A stretch of DNA of 12,662 nt from a virus (Duplodnaviria; Heunggongvirae; Uroviricota; Caudoviricetes): positions 1 through 12,662 of IMG/VR virus record IMGVR_UViG_3300029873_000363, one strand, 5' to 3'. The notes below the pieces were generated by a model, which was not told where the DNA came from, did not search any database, and saw only the letters and a list, made by a program, of their open reading frames with translations. Shown here piece by piece: positions 6,127 through 12,662 of the stretch. Made by a program: the position numbers and the translations under genes. Within the stretch, counting starts at the first letter, position 1. Every line of letters starts with the position of its first letter.

Positions 6127-9100
6127 TCAACGAATACTGATGCCGGAAGCGGCTTTTTTGGTCACAATCACCGTACAGTCGGTGATATTACCTGCCCGCT
6201 GATTGCCTTTATGGAAAACCTTAAACTCCAGAGTGACGCTTCCCCTGCCACTCGGCATATCAATAACCGCACTGTAGCTACCGGGAATGGCCCCTTTAGT
6301 TTCTCTGGATGCGATTAATACACCGTTTTTGCGAACTTCAAAACCATAACCCGTGTATCTTGTACCTCCCGGGTTATTACCACTTCCCGGATCGCTATAC
6401 GCTATTCCGTTAAAGATAATGGGCGGAATAATGATTTGACGGTCAAAGTTATGATCATCGCTGATGGTGACTGTAACCGTCCCGTTTGGTGTTTCCGTAT
6501 TACCCCACGTACCAGCCTGTTTCGGGAATGATTTGGATACAGCTTTAACGAAGTCACCTCTGACCTGAGTCGCCTCCAGCATGCCCTTAATCGTACAGTT
6601 TTCATTTACCGTGACATTGTTGAGCGTCCCGGCGTTCGCATTCACACTGCCACTGATATCCGCATTTTTAGCGGTCAGCTTTCCGTCCGGTGTCAGGGAA
6701 AATGCCGGTGGATTTCCACCGCTGGTAATGGTGGGGGCCGTCAGGCGTTTCAGGAACACTTCGTTCATGAATATCTGATCGCCCTGACCAACAAACATCG
6801 GCTTTGTGTTGCCATTCGCAGGATTAATCATCGCAATCCGGTCAGCAGCCAGAAGCACCTGACTCTGCATACCTGCTGGCGTATTCTCAATACCGGCTCC
6901 GATACCCGCAATATAAAGGCGTCCGTCCTTCATCTGCTGCAGTTTCACGGCCCACATGCTGTTCAGGTTATTATTTGTATCAACCTGAACTTTCTGTATC
7001 TGCTGGATTGCCGCGCTCTGATTTTCCAGTTTTTTATTGACGGTCTGCGTGATTTCATTGCTGACATTCGTAATGGACGTCCTGATTTCAGCCAGATCAG
7101 GCGCAAGCTGACCGTTATCAATCTGCGTCCACAGCTCCTGGGCCAGATGTGTTTTCCCGATTTCTCCTTTGAAAAAATCCAGGTAACCTTCCGCATCATC
7201 GCTCGCCCGACCGACAGCCTCCACGAATGCCGATTTGCTGACTGTGTTCACACTGCGAACGTAAAAATAATAATCATGGCCCGGCTTAATATTGATACTG
7301 GCGGCTATCCAGTACAGCGCCGTACCAAGATAGCGGGCTGTGGTTTCAACCTGCCTGATATCCGCAATCCGTTTTTCCGAGAACCAGAACTCAAACTGTA
7401 CCGTCGGGTCATAAACGGCAAGATGCGGCGTGGCGGTTATCTGAAAATAGCCCGGCGTCAGCTCAATCCTCGACGGTGCTGCCGGTGCGGCAATCCGGAA
7501 CGATACCGACGCCGGGTCGCCCTGCTGCCCCCACGCATTTACCGCCCGGACTGTCAGCCTGTAGTTCCCCAGCGCCAGTTGCCTGAAGCGGTATGTGGTT
7601 TCCGTCGTCCGGGCCGTGCTGACCAGCCGCTCACTGCCGTCATCCGCTGCCACGGTCAGGCGAAGCATAAAGCTCACCCCCTTCACCACCTTCGGCGTGT
7701 CCCAGCGCGCCAGTACCTGATACTCCCCGCTGTCTGCGGTGACTTCTGCGGTCAGGTGCTGCACCGCTGGCGGCGTGACACCATTTACCGTGCCGCTCTG
7801 GTCGCCGTCAAAGTGCGCCCCGTTATCCACGATGGCCTCTTTTTCCGGTACATGCTGCACGGCGGTGATGGCATACGTGCCGTCGTCGTTCTCACGGATA
7901 CTCACGCAGCGGAACAGGCGCTGGCGCAACGTCGGCAGCTTCAGCCCCCATACGCTGTATTCAGCAACGCCGTCAGGAACACGGCTCACTTTCACCTTCA
8001 CGCCGTCGGTGACGGACTGAACCTCCACGCTGACCGGACTCCCCTGCCCGTCAACCAGGCTTATCAGCGTGGTGCCGGAAGATGGCAGCGTGATTTCACG
8101 GTCGAGCGTCAGCGTCCGGGTCTGGCTGTTTACCGCCAGCACGCGCCCGCCGGTGCGGATACCGGCATAGTCATCATCGCAGATTTCAATGACATCGCCC
8201 GGTACATGGCGAAGCCCTTCGGCACCCACGCTGAAGTCCACGGTCTGCGTTTCCAGCAGTTCTGTTTTAATCAGCCACAGCCCGGCGCGGTGTGCCTGCC
8301 CCCGACTGGTACAGCCAAAGGCATCCATCTTCGTGACGTTACGACCGTAACGGGCAATGGCCTGCGTGTCCTCCACAAGCTCTGTCGCCGTCTCCCAGCC
8401 GTTATCCGGGTCAATCCAGTTCACCTCAACGGCATTATGGCGGTCTTTCAGGGCGCTGAAGCTGTAGCGGAACGGCGCGCCATCATCCGGCATCACCACA
8501 TTACTGCGGTTATAGGTCCACACCTTATCTGATGGCCGGTCCTGCACGAACGTCAGCGTCTGCCCGTTCCATACCGGCATACAGCGCATCGCCGAGCAGA
8601 AATCACTGAGAACATCCCACGCCTTACGCTGTGTGGTCAGCCAGGCATTACAGGTGATGCGCGGCTCCGTGCCGCCAAAACCGTCCGGCACCGACTGGTC
8701 GCAACACTGGCCGATGACATACAGCGCCCATTTATCCACATCTGCCGCACCAAGACGTTTACCCATGCCGTAGCGCGGGTGGGTCAGCATATCCCACAGA
8801 CACCAGGCCATGTTGTTGCTGTATGCTGGCTTAAACGTTCCGTCCCAGATACCGCTGTATTGCCGCGTCTGCGGGTTATAGTTCGACGGCACCTGCAGAA
8901 TGCGCCCGCGAAGATGATAATTACGGCTCACCTGCTGGCTGCCGAACTGCTCCGAATCCACCTGTACGCCGACCAGTGCCGTGTTCGGGTAGCACTGTTT
9001 CACATCGATGATTTCGGTGTATGACGACCAGAGCGTTTTGTTCTGCAGCTGGTCTGTGGTGCTGTCCGGCGTCATCCTGCGCATCCGGATATTAAACGGG

Positions 9101-9624
9101 CGCGGCGGCAGGTTATCCACCACCACCGAGGCCAGATACTGCGAGGTGGTTTTGCCCTTAATGGTGATGTCTTTTTCCGTCACCCAGCCACCATTACGCT
9201 GTATCTGAACCAGCAGGCGAACTTCCGACGGATTCCTGTCCCCCTTTGAGGTGGTTTCCACCAGTGCCTGCACACCGAAGGTAAAGCGCAGACGGTCGAT
9301 GTTTGCAGACGTAATGGTGCGGGTGATCGGCGTGTCATATTTCACTTCCGTACCCAGCACCGTCTCGGAGCCGGAGGATTCAAACCCCTCCGGCGGTGTC
9401 TGCTCCTGCTCACCGGCACGGAACACCACCGTGACACCGGAGATGTTGGTATTCCCCTCAGTGTCCAGCACCGGCGTACTGTTCAGCAGCACGCTTTTTA
9501 ATCCATCCACCGGACCTTCAACCGGCCCTTCGCTGATGGCATCGATCACACTCAGCAACTGCGTGGACTTCAGGTTGTCCTTCGCTTCGCGCGGGGTATG
9601 CCCCTTACTGCTGCCTTTACCCAT
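6127..9624 (-). CDS. J: Central tail fiber / host-specificity protein J (lambda J homolog), 1165 aa
   Basis: N-terminus [34 protein letters not shown]... and most of the first ~800 aa match lambda J as I remember it, including the fibronectin-like central region. RBS GAGGA precedes the ATG at 9624. The C-terminal ~350 aa diverge. Confidence 0.93.
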   Translation of the reverse strand: MGKGSSKGHTPREAKDNLKSTQLLSVIDAISEGPVEGPVDGLKSVLLNSTPVLDTEGNTNISGVTVVFRAGEQEQTPPEGFESSGSETVLGTEVKYDTPITRTITSANIDRLRFTFGVQALVETTSKGDRNPSEVRLLVQIQRNGGWVTEKDITIKGKTTSQYLASVVVDNLPPRPFNIRMRRMTPDSTTDQLQNKTLWSSYTEIIDVKQCYPNTALVGVQVDSEQFGSQQVSRNYHLRGRILQVPSNYNPQTRQYSGIWDGTFKPAYSNNMAWCLWDMLTHPRYGMGKRLGAADVDKWALYVIGQCCDQSVPDGFGGTEPRITCNAWLTTQRKAWDVLSDFCSAMRCMPVWNGQTLTFVQDRPSDKVWTYNRSNVVMPDDGAPFRYSFSALKDRHNAVEVNWIDPDNGWETATELVEDTQAIARYGRNVTKMDAFGCTSRGQAHRAGLWLIKTELLETQTVDFSVGAEGLRHVPGDVIEICDDDYAGIRTGGRVLAVNSQTRTLTLDREITLPSSGTTLISLVDGQGSPVSVEVQSVTDGVKVKVSRVPDGVAEYSVWGLKLPTLRQRLFRCVSIRENDDGTYAITAVQHVPEKEAIVDNGAHFDGDQSGTVNGVTPPAVQHLTAEVTADSGEYQVLARWDTPKVVKGVSFMLRLTVAADDGSERLVSTARTTETTYRFRQLALGNYRLTVRAVNAWGQQGDPASVSFRIAAPAAPSRIELTPGYFQITATPHLAVYDPTVQFEFWFSEKRIADIRQVETTARYLGTALYWIAASINIKPGHDYYFYVRSVNTVSKSAFVEAVGRASDDAEGYLDFFKGEIGKTHLAQELWTQIDNGQLAPDLAEIRTSITNVSNEITQTVNKKLENQSAAIQQIQKVQVDTNNNLNSMWAVKLQQMKDGRLYIAGIGAGIENTPAGMQSQVLLAADRIAMINPANGNTKPMFVGQGDQIFMNEVFLKRLTAPTITSGGNPPAFSLTPDGKLTAKNADISGSVNANAGTLNNVTVNENCTIKGMLEATQVRGDFVKAVSKSFPKQAGTWGNTETPNGTVTVTISDDHNFDRQIIIPPIIFNGIAYSDPGSGNNPGGTRYTGYGFEVRKNGVLIASRETKGAIPGSYSAVIDMPSGRGSVTLEFKVFHKGNQRAGNITDCTVIVTKKAASGISIR

Positions 9625-9646
9625 TCCTCACGCTCCATAAACGACA

Positions 9647-9666
9647 AAACCGCCCGGAGGCGGTTT
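9647..9666 (-). other. Short GC-rich stem-loop in the I-J intergenic region
   Basis: AAACCGCC (9647-9654) / GGCGGTTT (9659-9666) with a 4-nt loop; on the minus strand it is followed by TTTTGTCGTTTAT. Possible weak attenuator or RNA-stability element. Confidence 0.3.
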
Positions 9667-9684
9667 CACATAAAACATTTTGCC

Positions 9685-10332
9685 TCAGCGACCAATCACC
9701 ACAACCTGACCACCGTCCCCTTCGTCTGCCGTGCTGATCTCCTGAGAAACCACACGTGATCCCACGCGCATTTCACCGTACAGAACAGGCAGAACATTGC
9801 CCAGGGCAACCATGTTATCCAGTGACGAGAAATACGTGTTCTGCTTACCGTTATCCGTGCTGGTCGTTGTTGCGGTACTGGCTTTCGGTGCCAGCATCTG
9901 CGCCACACCGCCAAGGATCATACTGGCCCCCGCAGCATACATGCCCGATAAAGCCGCAGCTCCCAGCCAGCCTGCAGGGTTCCACCACGCCACTGCAATC
10001 AGCGCCGCACCCAGCACCGCCTGAAACACACCGCCACTTTTTGCTCCCGCAAGACGCGGAACGATGTGGATCACGGCACCATTTTTCAGCGGCTCATTAA
10101 GACGGGATGATAATTCGGTTTCTCCTGCATCCCGCCCGGCAATCCGTACCTGGTACCAGCCGTCGCTCAGTTTCTGACGAAACGCCGGGATCTGCATGGC
10201 CAGCGCCCGGATGGCTTCGGACCCCGTTTTCACTCGAAGGTCGATGCGGCGGCCAAATCGTTGTAAATCCCCGTAAAGGCAGATGCGTGCCATTCCCGGT
10301 GACGCCAGAGGGAGTGTGTGCGTCGCTGCCAT
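9685..10332 (-). CDS. I: Tail tip assembly protein I (lambda I homolog)
   Basis: Translation MAATHTLPLASPGMARICLYGDLQRFGRRIDLRVKTGSEAIRALA... with C-terminal ...NVLPVLYGEMRVGSRVVSQEISTADEGDGGQVVVIGR matches lambda I as I remember it. Its start overlaps the 3' end of K. Confidence 0.9.
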   Translation of the reverse strand: MAATHTLPLASPGMARICLYGDLQRFGRRIDLRVKTGSEAIRALAMQIPAFRQKLSDGWYQVRIAGRDAGETELSSRLNEPLKNGAVIHIVPRLAGAKSGGVFQAVLGAALIAVAWWNPAGWLGAAALSGMYAAGASMILGGVAQMLAPKASTATTTSTDNGKQNTYFSSLDNMVALGNVLPVLYGEMRVGSRVVSQEISTADEGDGGQVVVIGR

Positions 10333-10973
10333 TTGTCGGTGTACCTCTCTCGTTTGCTCAGTTGTTCAGGAATATGGTGCAGCAGCTCGCTGTCACCACA
10401 GTAAATGGCGGCATGATTCGGCACCGATGAACCAAAACAGCACAGCAGCACANNNNNNNNNNNNNNNNNNNNNNNNNNNNNNNNATACAGCCCTGTGGCC
10501 TCCAGATTATCCAGATAGAGATTCTGACCGTGACGCCACCAGTCATCCCCGCGATGAAAATCCGGCATCTCAATCCCCGCCAGATGGTAAGCATCCCGGA
10601 ACAGCGTGTAACAGTCCGTCACCCCGTGCTCAAAGCGCCGCCCGGAAAGATGTGGCACACAGCGGAACTTGTGAATCGCCCCCCGGCAAACCAGCCACCA
10701 CGGCAAATTACTCTGCACCTGCAGCCGCCGGTCGGTCTCACTCAGCCAGGGCAGACCACCGGGGTGGCTGTGGACCAGCGCCACAATCTCACCCTGCATC
10801 TCTGCCCGCAGCCAGTCCTCCGGCGACATCCGGAAATACTCCTCCGGCTCACCGGAGATATTCACGCAGGGAAAATATCTTTCCCCCTCCGGTGTTCTCA
10901 CCACGAAGCCGCACGACTCCGCTGGCGCACATCGCCGGGCGTGCGCCAGAATCGCTGATTCTGTCTGTGTCAT
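10230..10973 (-). CDS. K: Tail tip assembly protein K (lambda K homolog; MPN/JAMM-like plus NlpC/P60-like motifs), interrupted by an assembly gap
   Basis: MTQTESAILAHARRCAPAESCGFVV... with a JAMM-like HSHPGG...SETD motif and a downstream Cys/His region (TDCYTLFRDAYHLAG). The ORF reads through 34 Ns (about 11 X residues), so the true sequence and length across 10454-10487 are unverified. Confidence 0.8.
   Translation of the reverse strand: MTQTESAILAHARRCAPAESCGFVVRTPEGERYFPCVNISGEPEEYFRMSPEDWLRAEMQGEIVALVHSHPGGLPWLSETDRRLQVQSNLPWWLVCRGAIHKFRCVPHLSGRRFEHGVTDCYTLFRDAYHLAGIEMPDFHRGDDWWRHGQNLYLDNLEATGLYXXXXXXXXXXXVLLCCFGSSVPNHAAIYCGDSELLHHIPEQLSKRERYTDKWQRRTHSLWRHREWHASAFTGIYNDLAAASTFE
10454..10487. 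other. Assembly gap (34 N) inside gene K
   Basis: Run of n characters in the sequence. Confidence 1.
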
Positions 10974-10978
10974 GGGAT

Positions 10979-11677
10979 TTACTGCGAAAGTTTGTTAATG
11001 GAAAGGAAGCCGCCAAAGTTGCCGACGTTATTGCGAAACTTACAGCCACTCAGGCATTTGCTGCATTTATCCTTCGTGATATCGGACGTCGGCTGATCAT
11101 ATTCATCCGCGACTGCCGGACCGTGATAACCGCACTCATCACCGCGATAGGTCCAGGTGCAGGTGTTGGCCAGCATGATACGTCCAGGAAAAACAGCACC
11201 GTCCGTTTCCGTCGGCGTGGACAGTACAAAAGAGGCACTCACCGCGCTCAGTTCGCTGCACTGCTCAATGCGCCAGCTGCTGATCACCTCCTGCTCCGGA
11301 TCGGCGTCACTGTTTCCGTTGACGAAGTTCACCGCATCCAGAAAACGGGCGTAAACCTTACGCCGGACCACCGTTCCGCCGACCAGACTCTGCAGATCTT
11401 CCGCCATCCCGGTGACCATACCGTACAGGTTAGAAACCGTCAGCGTGGGGCGCGTACTGGTGCCTTTGCCATTCAGTTCAAAACCACTCCCCTGAATGGG
11501 ATACGGCTGATACTGCCGCCCCTGCCAGGTGACCGGCTCACCTTTTTCGTTCTGCTCATTACAGAAAAAATAACGTTCTCCACCGACCTCTGTCAGGTCG
11601 ATTTCCCAGAGCACCACGCTGGCCGACTGCTCCGTACGGGTGCATTCATTCAGTGTTTCCTGTCGGATATCCTGCAT
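10979..11677 (-). CDS. L: Minor tail protein L (lambda L homolog)
   Basis: Translation MQDIRQETLNECTRTEQSASVVLWEIDLTEVGGERYFFCNEQNEKGEPVTWQGRQYQPYPIQGSGFELNGKG... with a C-terminal Cys cluster (CSKCLSGC) matches lambda L as I remember it. Its start overlaps the M stop. Confidence 0.9.
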   Translation of the reverse strand: MQDIRQETLNECTRTEQSASVVLWEIDLTEVGGERYFFCNEQNEKGEPVTWQGRQYQPYPIQGSGFELNGKGTSTRPTLTVSNLYGMVTGMAEDLQSLVGGTVVRRKVYARFLDAVNFVNGNSDADPEQEVISSWRIEQCSELSAVSASFVLSTPTETDGAVFPGRIMLANTCTWTYRGDECGYHGPAVADEYDQPTSDITKDKCSKCLSGCKFRNNVGNFGGFLSINKLSQ

Positions 11678-12006
11678 CAGTTCACCACCTGTTCAAACTC
11701 TGCGCTGAACTCAACACGCAGCATACTGACCCGCGACGACCATTTTGCGCAGGTCACCTTTATCTGCCGGTAGCCATAAGGCGGCGTCCACAGAAAGGCC
11801 TTCCAGCCCCCGTGCTCAGCCAGAAACGACTCCAGCGCCGTGGCCTCCCAACGGGGAACAGAAAGCGTCACGCTGTACGTTTTCAGGTCAGTGTTCAGCC
11901 CAGCAGGCGCTCGCTGGGAATAGCCATCACCAAAGCGCACCTTTCTTACGGAAGGGGCCGAAGCCACATCCATACCGGGTTTCACTTTCCAGCGGAAGGT
12001 TTTCAT
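11677..12006 (-). CDS. M: Minor tail protein M (lambda M homolog), 109 aa
   Basis: Translation MKTFRWKVKPGMDVASAPSVRKVRFGDGYSQRAPAGLNTDLKTYSVTLSVPRWEATALESFLAEHGGWKAFLWTPPYGYRQIKVTCAKWSSRV... matches lambda M as I remember it. Its start overlaps the H stop. Confidence 0.9.
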   Translation of the reverse strand: MKTFRWKVKPGMDVASAPSVRKVRFGDGYSQRAPAGLNTDLKTYSVTLSVPRWEATALESFLAEHGGWKAFLWTPPYGYRQIKVTCAKWSSRVSMLRVEFSAEFEQVVN

Positions 12007-12662
12007 CGTCCACCTCCGGAGAACAGACCACCATCGCGCATCTGCCCGGTCACAACATCCATTGCCGCCTTACGGGCTACGTCATAAACAGCCTTCAGTG
12101 CCTGTGGCCCTATCTGACCGTTCGTGCCGTCGTTGTTAATCACCACATGGTTATTCTGCTCAAACGTCCCGGACGCCTGCGACCGGCTGTCCGCCATGCT
12201 GCCCGGTGTACCGACATAACCGCCGGTGGCATAGCCGCGCATCAGCCGGTAGAGATTCCCCACGCCAATCCGGCTGGTTGCCTCCTTCGTGAAGACGAAT
12301 TCACCGCGGTGAACAATTCCCGCTGGCTCATATTTGCCGCCGGTTCCCGTAAATCCTCCGGTTGCAAAATGGAATTTCGCCGCAGCGGCCTGAATGGCTG
12401 TACCGCCTGACGCGGATGCGCCGCCACCAACAGCCCCGCCAATGGCGCTGCCGATACTCCCGACAATCCCCACCATTGCCTGCTTAAGCAGAATTTCTGT
12501 CAGCATGGAGAGCACCGAACGGGTGAATCCCCGCCAGTTCTGTTCGCTGCCGGTCAGCATCGCTGCCATATTCTGTGCAATACCGTCAAAGGTCTGCGTG
12601 GCCGCGTTTTTAACCTGCGAAAAACTGTCCGTCGCACTTTCCGCCCACTCGCCCCAGCCGGA
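12003..12662 (-). CDS. H: Tail tape measure protein H, C-terminal part (5' end lies beyond the window)
   Basis: The minus-strand frame is open from the window edge (12662) to the stop at 12003-12005. The translation ...SGWGEWAESATDSFSQVKNAATQTFDGIAQNMAAMLTGSEQNWRGFTRSV...GGAVGGGASASGGTAIQAAAAKFHFATGGFTGTGGKYEPAGIVHRGEFVF... matches the C-terminus of lambda H as I remember it. Confidence 0.88.
   Translation of the reverse strand, partial: SGWGEWAESATDSFSQVKNAATQTFDGIAQNMAAMLTGSEQNWRGFTRSVLSMLTEILLKQAMVGIVGSIGSAIGGAVGGGASASGGTAIQAAAAKFHFATGGFTGTGGKYEPAGIVHRGEFVFTKEATSRIGVGNLYRLMRGYATGGYVGTPGSMADSRSQASGTFEQNNHVVINNDGTNGQIGPQALKAVYDVARKAAMDVVTGQMRDGGLFSGGGR

Noticed and set aside
5599-6318. Plus-strand ORFs 5599..5856 and 5947..6318, antisense to lom and the J 3' end
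   Set aside because: They overlap the confidently identified lom and J genes.
7147-8532. 461-aa plus-strand ORF antisense to J
   Set aside because: It is embedded in the well-supported J gene; the Arg-rich composition and absence of an RBS are typical of an antisense artefact in GC-rich coding DNA.
10283-11773. 496-aa plus-strand ORF spanning K and L and the N gap
   Set aside because: It is antisense to two confidently identified tail genes and runs through the assembly gap.

Overview
This window is the distal tail-morphogenesis region of a lambda-like (lambdoid) phage or prophage from an enterobacterial host, with an accessory region at its low-coordinate end. All tail genes are on the minus strand, in the lambda order: 3' end of tape-measure H (cut by the window edge), M, L, K (interrupted by a 34-N assembly gap), I, J, lom, stf and tfa. 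Protein identities were recognised by eye from the translations; no search could be run. The main anomaly is a 296-aa ORF (1837..2727, minus) wedged between stf and tfa, which are normally adjacent. Its N-terminus carries macro-domain (ADP-ribose binding/hydrolase) motifs and its C-terminus is Cys/His-rich; this is the best candidate here for an undescribed accessory or counter-defence function. Converging on the plus strand is a visibly AT-rich cargo region with a DinI-like gene (1..249) and a WcaB/CysE-family hexapeptide acetyltransferase (634..1206) that has its own putative promoter, RBS and terminator. J is mosaic, with a lambda-like N-terminal portion and a divergent C-terminal receptor-binding region. 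lom is flanked by hairpin terminators, and the Stf shaft is a long Ala/Ser/Thr-rich repeat that generates several spurious antisense ORFs.
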